Assembly: GCA_963663275.1 (NCBI GenBank)
Contig: OY760183.1
Location: 3,104,001-3,168,000 of the forward strand
Direction: 5' to 3'
Length of the DNA: 64,000 nt
Source of the DNA: Chloroflexota bacterium
GTDB taxonomy: Bacteria; Chloroflexota; UBA11872; VXOZ01
This document shows positions 1 through 10,987 of the stretch, one piece after another. The notes below the pieces were generated by a model. That model worked only from the letters and a program-made list of their open reading frames with translations. It had not been told where the DNA came from and searched no databases. Positions within the stretch are counted from its first letter, which is position 1. Each line of letters begins with the position of its first letter. The position numbers and the translations under genes were made by a program.

Positions 1-1493
1 ATGAGCGCGCGGTGCACGTGTTCGTTGACGCACATGTTTTCAGGATAGACGATGTGCTTGCGGTGGGAGGTCTCCACCAGGCGGCCGTTGCGCAGCAACT
101 CGGTCACCAATTCCTCCGATTCGCTGAAAGGCGTGGCCGGATCGGTGTGGTTGCCGATAACCAGTATGGGCACGCCGCCGCCGTCCAGCGGCGCGGCGAG
201 CGGCGCAGGCGCGAACTGATCGTAGAACGGGCAGGCGCTGGGAACCGACGGATTCGCCGCCCAGATCAGAGGCAGCCGTTCCCGCACCAAGGCGTCCAGG
301 AGCGCCGAATCCGCCAGTTTCGTCTCCCGGTCCAATTCCGGCTTCAGCGCAAAGCCGTCCAGGCAATTGACGTGTTCGGTAAAGCTGGCGGCGGTGGGGT
401 CTTCGCCCAGTTGAATCTCGGCGAGGGCCAGCAGGATGCCCGGGTCGTCGTTTTCGTTCAGCTCGAACAGGCCTGCCCAGAGGATATGCCAGTATTCTTC
501 GCTATACAGGGGCGTAACCACGCCGATGAAGCCGGCCGCGGTATTGCCCCCGGCCGCCTCGTTGACGAGATCCAGTTTCTCCGCCGCGCGCAGGTAGTAG
601 CCGATCGGATCGCCGTCGTTGTAAATCGGGCACTCGGCGTCGTCGCACGCCAACAGCGCCTGCTCCAGCAGCGTCTCGAACGTGGAGATTTCCTCGATGC
701 TCTGGTTCACGCGCTCCTCCTGGCTGGCGGCCGCGTCAACCGGATTGTCGGCGCCGTCAACCACCATGGCCCGTACCGAGTCGGGGAAGAGCGTGGCGTA
801 CCAGACGCCCAGCGCCGAGCCGTAGGAGAAGCCCAGGTACGAGATTTGCGCCGCGCCCAGCGCCTGGCGTATTTCGTCCATGTCCCTGGCGACGTATTCG
901 CTGTGCAGCAGGCCGCCGACCGGCCCCATGGTCTCGATGCACAGGAGGGCCGCCGCCTCGCCGGCCCGCACTTCCGCCGGCGTGTCTACGTCATCCTCGA
1001 ACGTGTTGAGCAGCGCCAGCCGTTCGCCGGGAGTGCCGCAGGCGAAATCCGGCTCCGACGCGCCCACTCCGCGCGGGTCGAACCCCACCACGTCGAAGCG
1101 CGCCAGCACCTCAGTGGAAAACTGCGACTCCGCATTCTGCACGAATTCCACGCCGCTCACGCCGGGTCCGCCGGGGTTCACCAGCAGGTAGCCGATCCGC
1201 TCGTCCTCAGAAGCCGCCCGGCGCACGGTGAGCGCTATTTTGATGCTGCCCGCGCCGGGATCCCGGTAGTCGGCGGGAACTTCCACGAACCCGCACTCCA
1301 GCCCTGCCGCGCACGGAGTCCACGCAACGGACTCGCCTGCGGTTGCCGCCCCCGCGTCGGCCGCGCCCGGCGGCTGCGCGGGAACGGCGGGATCCTCCGC
1401 AAGCGCGGCGCATCCAACCAGAGCAAACACACCCGCAAGCAACGCCAATCCGATGCGGAAGCCAACCGTGAACCGGCTCAAGACGCGACGCAT
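1..1493 (-). CDS. Secreted/lipoprotein alpha/beta hydrolase (TAP-like tripeptidyl aminopeptidase family); 3' end runs off the window
   Basis: Manual minus-strand translation: MRRVLSRF..signal..LECGFVEVPADY..LLVNPGGPG..FDPRGVG..GFSYGS..VVDGA. Absent from the ORF track because the stop lies outside the window. Alternative ATG at 1505. Confidence 0.85.
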   Translation of the reverse strand, partial: MRRVLSRFTVGFRIGLALLAGVFALVGCAALAEDPAVPAQPPGAADAGAATAGESVAWTPCAAGLECGFVEVPADYRDPGAGSIKIALTVRRAASEDERIGYLLVNPGGPGVSGVEFVQNAESQFSTEVLARFDVVGFDPRGVGASEPDFACGTPGERLALLNTFEDDVDTPAEVRAGEAAALLCIETMGPVGGLLHSEYVARDMDEIRQALGAAQISYLGFSYGSALGVWYATLFPDSVRAMVVDGADNPVDAAASQEERVNQSIEEISTFETLLEQALLACDDAECPIYNDGDPIGYYLRAAEKLDLVNEAAGGNTAAGFIGVVTPLYSEEYWHILWAGLFELNENDDPGILLALAEIQLGEDPTAASFTEHVNCLDGFALKPELDRETKLADSALLDALVRERLPLIWAANPSVPSACPFYDQFAPAPLAAPLDGGGVPILVIGNHTDPATPFSESEELVTELLRNGRLVETSHRKHIVYPENMCVNEHVHRAL

Positions 1494-1657
1494 CTGTTCT
1501 ACCATCCTGCTTATGACTTCCTACTATCGCGCAACCCTGGCGCATGAAGACGGGCTTGCGCTTGTTTGGCTGAACGCCCTCAGGAATGGCCGATCAATAG
1601 GAGCGCTCGTCATCATGTTCTAATAGTCCGGCGGCGAACCCATGCGCTGAGCGGTCG

Positions 1658-2686
1658 CTACCGCCGCGCGGCAGGCGTAAGAGCCGGACCATCAAGTTCA
1701 TCACGCGGCGCGCGTTCCAGCAACTCCACCGTCGCTTGAGCCACCGTAATGCCGCCGGAGAGCACTTCATGCAGCAACTCGGTGATGGGCAACTCGACAT
1801 CAAGTTGCCGCGCCAGGCGCATGGCTGCGCGGGTGGTCGGCACGCCCTCGGCTACGTTGTCCATCGACGCCAGAATCTCATCCAGCGGCTTGCCTTGCGC
1901 CAATTGCTCGCCGACGTGCCGGTTGCGGCTCTGGCGGCTGGCGCAGGTGGCCATGAGATCGCCGAGGCCGGCCAGTCCCGCGAACGTGAGCGGCTGCGCG
2001 CCCATCGCCACGCCCAGGCGCGTCATCTCGGCCACGCCGCGCGTCAGCAGGGCCGCCTTGGCGTTGTCGCCCAGCCGCAAGCCGTCGCAGATGCCGGCCA
2101 CAATCGCCATCACGTTCTTCAACGCCCCGCCCAGTTCAACGCCACAGACGTCCGCGCTCGTGTAGATGCGAAAGCGCGGCAGCATCAACTTCTCCCGCGC
2201 CCGGCGCGTCAGGCCGGCATCGGCGCCCGCCAGCACCGCGGCGGCCGGCTGGCCTTGGGCGATTTCGCGGGCAAGGTTGGGGCCGGAGAGCGCCAGCACA
2301 CGATCCGCCGCAAGTTCCGTTGCCTGTTCCTGAATGACCGCCGACATCGTCTCGCCCGTTGCGGTATCGAGACCCTTGGTGGCCGAGACGAGGACGGAGC
2401 GATCCGTCATGCCCGGCGCGATCCAGCGCACGTTGCGGCGCATCGCTTCCGACGGCACGACGAGCAGGACGAGATCACTGCTTTCCAGCGCCTCCCGCGG
2501 CTCGCTCGTAATGCGCAGGCCGGACGGAAAAGGAAAACCGGGCAAGAATCGCGCATTCTCGCCCGCCCGGCGCAACTCCGCCGCCTCTTCTTCCGTGCGG
2601 GCAAGCCAGCGGACCGCGCGGCCCGCCTGCGCGAGTTGCACGGCCAGCGTGGTACCCCACGTCCCCGTGCCGACAATCGTAATCAC
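1658..2686 (-). CDS. gpsA: NAD(P)H-dependent glycerol-3-phosphate dehydrogenase
   Basis: GTGTWG Rossmann motif, LSGPNLA, GGALKNV, GLGDL, SRN, VAEG motifs. Confidence 0.95.
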   Translation of the reverse strand: MITIVGTGTWGTTLAVQLAQAGRAVRWLARTEEEAAELRRAGENARFLPGFPFPSGLRITSEPREALESSDLVLLVVPSEAMRRNVRWIAPGMTDRSVLVSATKGLDTATGETMSAVIQEQATELAADRVLALSGPNLAREIAQGQPAAAVLAGADAGLTRRAREKLMLPRFRIYTSADVCGVELGGALKNVMAIVAGICDGLRLGDNAKAALLTRGVAEMTRLGVAMGAQPLTFAGLAGLGDLMATCASRQSRNRHVGEQLAQGKPLDEILASMDNVAEGVPTTRAAMRLARQLDVELPITELLHEVLSGGITVAQATVELLERAPRDELDGPALTPAARR

Positions 2687-2713
2687 GTCATCACTTCTTT
2701 GCCTGGCCGCCCG

Positions 2714-3670
<957 letters not shown>

Positions 3671-3745
3671 AGAACGAGAAACATCCTGTGCTCTGCATTT
3701 GCCGCCACGCCTACGAGAAGTCTACCCCATGATAGCAGAGGACTC

Positions 3746-4780
3746 ATGATCCGGCTTGAAGACCTCGATTACGCGCTGCCGCCGCAGGCCGTCGCGCAAC
3801 ACCCGCGCGAGCCGCGCGACGCCGCCCGCCTGCTCGTCTATCGCCGGGACAACCGAGAGATTCGGCACAGCCGGGTCGCGCGCTTGGAGGACTTCTTGCA
3901 GCCGGGCGACCTGCTGGTGGCGAACGACACCCGCGTCATTCCGGCGCGGCTCTATGGCAAACGCGAGTCCACCGGCGGCAAGGTGGAGATTCTCTTACTG
4001 CGACCATGCGAGGAACGCGAATGGGAGGCGCTGGTAAAACCTTCACAGCGTCTCAAGCCCGGCGCCCGCGTGCTTCTGGACAGTGGCAGCGGCAGCAACG
4101 CCGACGTTGTCACGGTTGGCGAGAGACTGCCCCACGGCAAGCGGCTCGTGCGTTTTCACGCTGAACCCAGCGCCGTCATCAAACGCCGCGGCACGACGCC
4201 CCTGCCGCCGTACATCCGCGAGCCGCTCGCCGACCCCAACCGCTACCAGACCACCTACGCCCGCGTGCGCGGTTCCGCCGCCGCGCCCACCGCCGGACTC
4301 CACTTCACGCCCCGGCTCATCGACTCCCTTGAATCCTACGGCGTGCGCTTCGCCTTCATCACCCTCCACGTCGGTTTGGATACCTTCCAACCCATTCGTG
4401 AAGCGGATCCGTTGCGGCACACCATCCACAGCGAGTATTTCGAAGTGCCGGCGCAGACGGCACGTCGCATCCAGGAGACCAAAGCCGGCCGCAAGCGGGT
4501 AGTGGCGGTGGGCACAACCGTGGTGCGCGCCCTAGAGAGCGCCGCCGGCTCGACGGGCGTTGTCCGGCCTTTCAGCGGCGAAACCCGGCTTTACATCTAC
4601 CCCGGCTATCGATTCCGCGTGGTGGACGGCATCATGACCAACTTCCACCTGCCCCGCTCGACCCTGCTGCTGCTCATTGCCGCCTTCACCGGCCTGGACC
4701 AACTGAAGCGGATCTACAGCGAAGCAGTCGAGGCCGACTACCGCTTCTACAGCTTCGGCGACGCCAGCCTACTGCTCTGA
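3746..4780 (+). CDS. queA: S-adenosylmethionine:tRNA ribosyltransferase-isomerase
   Basis: NDTRVIPARL, PLPPYI, AAPTAGLHF, TNFHLP, YSFGDA; ATG at 3746 after GAGGA. Confidence 0.97.
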   Translation: MIRLEDLDYALPPQAVAQHPREPRDAARLLVYRRDNREIRHSRVARLEDFLQPGDLLVANDTRVIPARLYGKRESTGGKVEILLLRPCEEREWEALVKPSQRLKPGARVLLDSGSGSNADVVTVGERLPHGKRLVRFHAEPSAVIKRRGTTPLPPYIREPLADPNRYQTTYARVRGSAAAPTAGLHFTPRLIDSLESYGVRFAFITLHVGLDTFQPIREADPLRHTIHSEYFEVPAQTARRIQETKAGRKRVVAVGTTVVRALESAAGSTGVVRPFSGETRLYIYPGYRFRVVDGIMTNFHLPRSTLLLLIAAFTGLDQLKRIYSEAVEADYRFYSFGDASLLL

Positions 4781-4786
4781 GCGCCG

Positions 4787-6982
4787 CTAGACCAGCTTCT
4801 CCAAAGGCGCGAACGAGGCGGAGAGGCGCTTGATGCCGATCTCCGGGAAGGCGACGGTCACTTCTTCATCGAAGTCGGTGACCTTGCCGCTCACCACCGT
4901 CCCCTCGCCAAAAGCCGCGTGCCGCACCCGGTCGCCGTCGCGGTACTGCCGTTCGGACGCAGTCTGCTTGCGCGGCGGCCGGGCCGGGGCCTGCGACCCC
5001 TGCCACGCGGCCTCGGCCGGCGGCGGCGCCTGTATTGTCGGACCCGCCACAAGTTCCGGCGGCAATTCGGTAATGAAGCGGGAGGGCAGCCGCCCGATTG
5101 ACTGGCTGCTATAGCGCCGCGCCGCGTAGAGCAGATGGAGCCGCTCCTTGGCCCGGGTGAAAGCCACGTAGCAGAGCCGCCGCTCTTCCGCCATCTGTTC
5201 CGGATCGTCGAACGAGCGGATGTGCGGGAACAATTCCTCCTCCATGCCGGTCACGAACACCGCCGGAAACTCCAGCCCCTTGGCGTTGTGCGCGGTCATG
5301 AGGGTCAGGCCGCCCTCCACGTCCATGCGGTCCACGTCGGCGGCCAGCGTCGCCGCGTGCAGGAAGAGGTCCAGGCCCTGGGGCGGGTCGGCGTCGTCGT
5401 AGCGCACGGCGGCCGCGACCACCTCCGCCAGATTCTCCTCGCGCTCCTCGGCCTCATCGGCATCGTCGCCCGCGCGCACGTGCTCCAGGTAACCGCTCTC
5501 GCTGATCACCATGTTCACGAACGCGCTCAGCGGCATGCGCTTCACCTCCTGGCGAAACGCGCGCAGCATACGGCCCACGTTCTCAAGCGCGGTCCGCGCC
5601 CGGGTCGTCACCGGCAAGGGTTCCGCCAGCGTGCCCTCGGCGAGGCCCAGCAGCGCCGCGGCCGGCGGGACGCCCTGCATCTCCGACCAGAGCGTCAGCG
5701 CCGCCAGCGTCTTGGCGCCGATGCCGCGCGGCGGCACGTTCACGAAGCGCCGAAAGCTCACGCTATCGTTCAGATTGTAGATCACGCGCAGGTAGGCCAG
5801 GGTGTCCTTGACCTCCCGCCGCTGGTAGAAGGCCACGCCGCCCACCAACTGATACGGGATGCCGTAGCGCACCAGGGCGTCCTCCAACGCCCGCGACTGG
5901 GCGTTGGTGCGGTACATCACCACGCAGTCCCGCAGGCCCAGGCCCTCATCCTGCAAACGGCGCACGGCGTTCACGACCAACCGCGCTTCATCCTCTTCGT
6001 CCAGCGCCGGCATCACCACCAGCGGCGCGCCGCGCCCCAGGTTCGTCCACAGCCGCTTCTCCCGGCGGTGGGGCAGGCGGCTGATGATGCCGTTGGCGGC
6101 GTCGAGAATGGTCTGGGTGGAGCGGTAGTTCTGTTCCAGCTTGACGACGGCGGCGTCGGGATATTCGCGCTCGAAATTGAGGATGTTGCGCACGTCCGCG
6201 CCGCGCCAGCTATAGATGCCTTGGTCGTCGTCGCCCACCACGCAGATGTTGCGGTGCTTGGAAGCCAGCAAGCGCACCAACTCATACTGGGCGTGATTCG
6301 TGTCCTGGTACTCGTCCACCATCACGTAGCGGAAACGCTCCTGGTAGTGTTCCAGCACGTCGGGATGCTCGCGAAAGAGGCGCACGGTGAACATGATGAG
6401 ATCGTTGAAGTCGAGCGCGTTGGCCTTGCGCAGAATGTCCTGGTAGCGCCGGTAGACCCTGGCCGCGGCCTCTTCGAACGGGCCTTGCGCGTGCTCGGCG
6501 AACACGTGGGCCGTGATGAGTTCGTCTTTGGCGCGGGAGATGGCGTTCAAGACGGCGCGCGGGCTCAGGCTCTTCTCACCGATGCCCAGCGACTTGAGCA
6601 CGTCTTTCACCACCGTCAACTGATCGGCGTCGTCGTAGATGGTGAAGCCGTCTTCCCAACCCAGCAGCCGCAGTTCGCGGCGCAGAATGCGCGAGCAGAA
6701 GGCGTGGAACGTGCTGAGCAGCACGTTTTCGCCAATGGGCCCGGCCAGTTCACGCACCCGCTGCCGCATCTCCTCGGCGGCCTTGTTGGTAAAGGTGACT
6801 CCCAAGATCTGCCACACCGGCACGCGCTCGGCCAGCATCAGATAAGCGATGCGGTGGACGATCACACGCGTCTTACCGGAACCGGCGCCGGCCAGGATGA
6901 GCACCGGCCCGGCCGTGGTCGCGACCGCCCGCTGCTGCGGCTCATTCAGATTTGCCAAGAGGGATTCTGGGTTTATGACCAC
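4787..6982 (-). CDS. pcrA: ATP-dependent DNA helicase PcrA/UvrD
   Basis: AGAGSGKT, DEYQD, NYRST, KGLEF, C-terminal Tudor-like HAAFGEG; GTG start at 6982 (the ORF-track extension is repeat DNA). Confidence 0.93.
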   Translation of the reverse strand: MVINPESLLANLNEPQQRAVATTAGPVLILAGAGSGKTRVIVHRIAYLMLAERVPVWQILGVTFTNKAAEEMRQRVRELAGPIGENVLLSTFHAFCSRILRRELRLLGWEDGFTIYDDADQLTVVKDVLKSLGIGEKSLSPRAVLNAISRAKDELITAHVFAEHAQGPFEEAAARVYRRYQDILRKANALDFNDLIMFTVRLFREHPDVLEHYQERFRYVMVDEYQDTNHAQYELVRLLASKHRNICVVGDDDQGIYSWRGADVRNILNFEREYPDAAVVKLEQNYRSTQTILDAANGIISRLPHRREKRLWTNLGRGAPLVVMPALDEEDEARLVVNAVRRLQDEGLGLRDCVVMYRTNAQSRALEDALVRYGIPYQLVGGVAFYQRREVKDTLAYLRVIYNLNDSVSFRRFVNVPPRGIGAKTLAALTLWSEMQGVPPAAALLGLAEGTLAEPLPVTTRARTALENVGRMLRAFRQEVKRMPLSAFVNMVISESGYLEHVRAGDDADEAEEREENLAEVVAAAVRYDDADPPQGLDLFLHAATLAADVDRMDVEGGLTLMTAHNAKGLEFPAVFVTGMEEELFPHIRSFDDPEQMAEERRLCYVAFTRAKERLHLLYAARRYSSQSIGRLPSRFITELPPELVAGPTIQAPPPAEAAWQGSQAPARPPRKQTASERQYRDGDRVRHAAFGEGTVVSGKVTDFDEEVTVAFPEIGIKRLSASFAPLEKLV

Positions 6983-7142
6983 GGGAGTACACCTATGTTT
7001 GCGCCGGAGGGAAGCGCCAGTGGAGACTGAAGTAAGAGTGAGACGGAGAAACCGGCACCCAAGGAGGGGTCCTCGTATCGGGAACGACCAAGCATTGCCG
7101 GTCTTGCCGGGTGGGAAAGAAGCGGCGAGGCTGCATGGAAAC

Positions 7143-7293
7143 CTCCCTCTCCCGTGGGAGAGGGCCGGGGGCGCGGCAGGATCCGATAGTAGGCGCCGGC
7201 TGCTCTCACTGTGGAAGAGGGCCCGGAGCGTAGCAGGATCCAATAGTTCGCACCGGTTGCTCCCTCTCCCGTGGGAGAGGGCCGGGGTGAGGG
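7143..7293. repeat. About 2.5 tandem copies (~58 bp) built on a BoxC-like palindrome
   Basis: CCCTCTCCCGTGGGAGAGGGCCGGGG at ~7145 and ~7262 with a degenerate middle copy. Confidence 0.75.
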
Positions 7294-7511
7294 CAAGAAA
7301 CCCTCAGCGATCCCGCCTATCGTCATCTCAGGTCACGCAAAAGCCTCAACAGGGATTGTAGCACGTTCGGCCGTCGCGCGCACTTCATCCGAAAGAGACC
7401 TTTGCGAACTCTGTCATTCTGGCGAAAGCCGGAATCCAGGGCGCTGTTACGACTCAACAAAATATACAGTCAATACCTGTCACCCCCATCCCAACCTTCC
7501 CCCTCAATGGG

Positions 7512-7658
7512 CTGAAAGGGGTATGTAAATGTCATTCCGAGCGGAGCGAGGAATCTAGGAACGATGAAATGGCAGGGATACGCCTTAGATTCCTCACTCC
7601 GCTGCGCTCCGTTCGGAATGACACGTGATGTCGGATATAGGATACGTACCCCTATCAG
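7512..7658. mobile_element. MITE family A copy 1 (147 bp)
   Basis: Ends CTGAAAGGGGGTA..TACCCCTATCAG; flanks CCCTCAATGGG / CCCTCGATGGG; internal GTCATTCCGAGC REP pair. Confidence 0.8.
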
Positions 7659-8000
7659 CCCTCGATGGGGACGAGGTTATGCTAGAGCCTGCCAAGCCAA
7701 AGAACCGCGGCCCACGCAATACCTACCGCGTTCCTATGAATTCACCTGCCGCAATCGTCGTCCGCCGCTAACCGGGCGCGCTCGCAACGCGCTTTCAGTC
7801 TGATCCCCCACTCGCGCCGCAGCCTCTTCCCTGAGCATGGGTAAAGGCTCGCGGCCTGGTTATCCGCCGAATTCCCTGGAAAACCGCACGCGCCGCGCCA
7901 AAAACCCAGTTCACCATAGCGCCAAGAGCGCATTTCTAGGCAATGCGGGCAATTTTAGTCCGTGCCGCGGTCCGCTCGGTGGCATCCAAAGCTCCTTCTT

Positions 8001-8071
8001 CTAATTCCCAGTATTTATCTAGGGATTTAGGCCGGAATCGCTTGACTCGCCATCTGGGGTTAAGCTACCTT
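8001..8071 (+). promoter_or_regulatory. Putative sigma70 promoter with upstream AT-rich inverted repeat for the iron ABC operon
   Basis: IR CTAATTCCC..GGGATTTAG (8001-8030); TTGACT (8042) and TACCTT (8066), 18-bp spacer. Confidence 0.5.
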
Positions 8072-8077
8072 AATATC

Positions 8078-8257
8078 TGACAATCGGGATAACCCCTCGC
8101 AGGGCGAACGCGCAGGCCGGCGCTCACGTCGAGCGGCGCGCGGGCGCTTTGCCACCGGGGATCCGGTTGGTTGTCAACGTATGTGTCCTGAGGCCTCGAG
8201 ACACACGACGGCTGTTGGTAATTCGCAGGTTAGCTGCACGGAAAGGAGCAGTTCACC
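8078..8257 (+). promoter_or_regulatory. Structured 5' leader, candidate cis-regulatory RNA
   Basis: ~100-nt rod (TGACAA..TTGTCA), hairpin TGTGTC/GACACA, and a hairpin enclosing the SD. Confidence 0.4.
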
Positions 8258-9313
8258 GTGCCCCTAAATCGTCGTACCCTTCTCAAGACATCGCTTGCGG
8301 CGCTGCCGGTTGCCCTCGGAGCGGCATGCGGCGCCGTCAGCATACCTTCCGGTGAACAAGCGGGCGAGGCAACGGTAACCCTCGAGTCACCCTCCCTTAC
8401 GGTCTACTCCGGTCGCAACGAAAGCCTGGTCGGGCCGCTGTTGACGCAGTTCGCGGAAGACACCGGCGTCTCCATTCAGGTAAAATACGGCGGCACCGCC
8501 GAAATCGCGGCGACTATCCTCGAAGAGGGCGATAACAGCCCGGCGGACGTCTTCTACGCCCAGGACGCCGGCGCGTTGGGCGCGCTGCAAGCGGAGGAAC
8601 GACTGGCCGCGCTGTCGGACGACATCCTGGACGCCGTGGAGCCGCGCTTTCGCTCGCCCCAGGGGATGTGGGTCGGCGCTTCCGGCCGCGCCCGCGTGGT
8701 GGTGCACAATACCGATAACGTCAAGCCTGACGACCTGCCGCCGTCGATTCTGGATTTCGTGGCGCCGGAGTGGAAAGGGCGCATCGGCTGGGCGCCCACC
8801 AACGGCTCGTTCCAGGCGTTCGTGACCGCCATGCGCGTGGTGCTCGGCAACGACCGGACCCGCGACTGGCTGGAAGGCATCAAGGCCAATGAGCCTAACG
8901 TCTACCCCAAGAATACGCCCACGGTACAGGCCGCCGTGGACGGGGAAATCGACGTGGGGTTCGTCAACCACTACTATCTCTTCCGCATTCGCGCCGAGCA
9001 GGGCAACGTGCCGGCGGACAATTACTTCCCGCCCAACGGCGACCTGGGCTCGCTCGTCAACGTGGCCGGCGCCGGCATCGTCGCGGGCTCGCAGAACCAA
9101 GACGCCGCCGAGCAGTTCGTGGCCTATCTGCTCTCCCAGCAGTCCCAGGAGTACTTCGCGTCCGAGACCTACGAGTACCCGCTGGCGCGCGGCGTGGCCG
9201 CCCATCCCGACCTGCCGCCGCTCTCCGAGATCCAGACTCCCGACATCGACCTGGGCGACCTGGCCGACCTGCGGGGCACGCTGGAACTCCTGCAAGCGGC
9301 GGAATTGATCTAG
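8258..9313 (+). CDS. fbpA: Fe3+ ABC transporter substrate-binding lipoprotein (FbpA/FutA family), Tat signal
   Basis: NRRTLL..AACG, YSGR, SPADVFY, VNHYY iron-binding tyrosines. Confidence 0.88.
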   Translation: MPLNRRTLLKTSLAALPVALGAACGAVSIPSGEQAGEATVTLESPSLTVYSGRNESLVGPLLTQFAEDTGVSIQVKYGGTAEIAATILEEGDNSPADVFYAQDAGALGALQAEERLAALSDDILDAVEPRFRSPQGMWVGASGRARVVVHNTDNVKPDDLPPSILDFVAPEWKGRIGWAPTNGSFQAFVTAMRVVLGNDRTRDWLEGIKANEPNVYPKNTPTVQAAVDGEIDVGFVNHYYLFRIRAEQGNVPADNYFPPNGDLGSLVNVAGAGIVAGSQNQDAAEQFVAYLLSQQSQEYFASETYEYPLARGVAAHPDLPPLSEIQTPDIDLGDLADLRGTLELLQAAELI

Positions 9314-9328
9314 TAGCATAAGGAGCCT

Positions 9329-10978
9329 ATGGCGACCTCGTCCCAGACGCCGACTTCATCGGAAACAGCGTTTTCCACCGCGCTGCGCGAGACAATCCAA
9401 GGCGGCTGGCGGACTTACCGGTCCGCCGGTCCGCCTTTGCCTCTCGTGGCAACGAGCGCCGTCGTCGGAGCGGTCATCCTCCTGCCCCTCGTCTACCTGA
9501 CGCTGCGCGCCGCGGGCGCGGGGGACGAACTCTGGCCGCTGCTCTTCCGTCCGCGCACGGCCGTCATTCTGTTTAACAGCGTCGCGCTCGCCGCCGCCGC
9601 CACGCTCGGCGCGATCGTCCTCGCCGTCCCGCTGGCCTGGCTCGTTGCCCGCAGCGATCTGCCCGGACGGCGGCTCTGGACCGGCCTTCTCGTCGTGCCG
9701 CTCGCCGTGCCCAGCTACGTGGGCGGGTTCGTCCTCATCGGGGCGCTTGGCCCGCGCGGCATGTTGCAGAGTTTCCTGGAACCCCTGGGCGTCACGCGGC
9801 TGCCGGAGATCTACGGCTTTCCCGGCGCGTGGCTGGCGCTCACGCTCTTTACCTATCCCTACGTCTTTCTCGTGGTGCGCGCCGCCCTCCAAGGCATGGA
9901 CCGCACGTTGGAAGAAGCCTCGCGCAGCCTTGGACAGAGCGGGTGGTCAACCTTCTGGCGCATCACCCTGCCGCAACTCCGGCCGGCGATCGCCGCGGGC
10001 GGTCTGCTGGTTGCCCTCTACACCCTGAGCGACTTCGGCGCGGTCTCGCTCTTGCAGTTCGACACGTTCACGCGGGTAATCTACGTGCACTACCAGGGCT
10101 CGTTCGACCGCCATCTCGCCGCCGGCCTTGCCCTGGTGCTCGTCTGCATGACCCTGCTCATCCTCGTTTTCGAGCAGTGGAGCCGCGGCCGGGCCGTCTA
10201 CCATAGCGGTACCCGGGGTAGTTCGCGCCCCCAGCGCCGCGTGGCCCTGGGAAAGTGGCGGGCGCCGGCCATCGCGTTCTGCGCCGGCGTCGCGTTGCTC
10301 GCCATCGTCATGCCCGCGCTTACCGTCGGCTACTGGCTGCTGCGCAGCGTCTCGTACACCGCGCGTCTTGGCGCGCTGCCAGTCCTGGTATGGAATTCGC
10401 TCTGGGTTTCCGCCGCCGCTGGCATCGCCGCCGTGATCCTGGCCGTGCCGGTGGCGTATCTGACGATTCGCTACCCGCGCCGGTACATCAAGCCCTTCGA
10501 ATACGCGATCTATCTGGGTTACGGCCTGCCGGGGATCGTCATTGCCCTTTCGCTCGTCTTCTTTGGCGCGAACGCCGCGCCGCTCATCTACCAGACCTTC
10601 TTCATCCTGATAGCCGCCTACTTGATCCGGTTCATCCCGCAAGCGTACGGCAATGCCCGCGCCGCCATCATGCAGGTAAATCCGTCGCTGGAAGAAGCCT
10701 CCCGCAGTCTCGGCCACTCGTGGCACGCTACCCTCCGCGCCGTCACGCTGCCGTTGGTGCGCGGCGGCGCGACCGCGGGCGGCATTCTGGTATTCGTCAC
10801 TACCCTCAAGGAACTGCCCATCACCCTCTTGCTGGGGCCGATCGGCTTCAAAACGCTGGCCACCGAGGTGTGGACGTTGACCGCGGAAGGATTCTTTGCC
10901 GCGGCCGCGCCGGTTATCCTCGTGCTCCTGGGCGTCTCCCTTCTCCCCACCTTGCTTTTTGCGGGTAAGGAGCCTTAA
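9329..10978 (+). CDS. fbpB: Fe3+ ABC transporter permease (two EAA loops)
   Basis: Hydrophobic; LEEASRSLG twice; SDFG and KELP motifs. Confidence 0.88.
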   Translation: MATSSQTPTSSETAFSTALRETIQGGWRTYRSAGPPLPLVATSAVVGAVILLPLVYLTLRAAGAGDELWPLLFRPRTAVILFNSVALAAAATLGAIVLAVPLAWLVARSDLPGRRLWTGLLVVPLAVPSYVGGFVLIGALGPRGMLQSFLEPLGVTRLPEIYGFPGAWLALTLFTYPYVFLVVRAALQGMDRTLEEASRSLGQSGWSTFWRITLPQLRPAIAAGGLLVALYTLSDFGAVSLLQFDTFTRVIYVHYQGSFDRHLAAGLALVLVCMTLLILVFEQWSRGRAVYHSGTRGSSRPQRRVALGKWRAPAIAFCAGVALLAIVMPALTVGYWLLRSVSYTARLGALPVLVWNSLWVSAAAGIAAVILAVPVAYLTIRYPRRYIKPFEYAIYLGYGLPGIVIALSLVFFGANAAPLIYQTFFILIAAYLIRFIPQAYGNARAAIMQVNPSLEEASRSLGHSWHATLRAVTLPLVRGGATAGGILVFVTTLKELPITLLLGPIGFKTLATEVWTLTAEGFFAAAAPVILVLLGVSLLPTLLFAGKEP

Positions 10979-10987
10979 AATAGGCGC

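Noticed and set aside
12-1547. 511-aa + strand ORF
   Set aside because: Antisense shadow of the minus-strand hydrolase; no recognisable motifs
7143-7293. Possible mini-CRISPR
   Set aside because: The whole unit is repeated, including the spacer-like part; BoxC-like core
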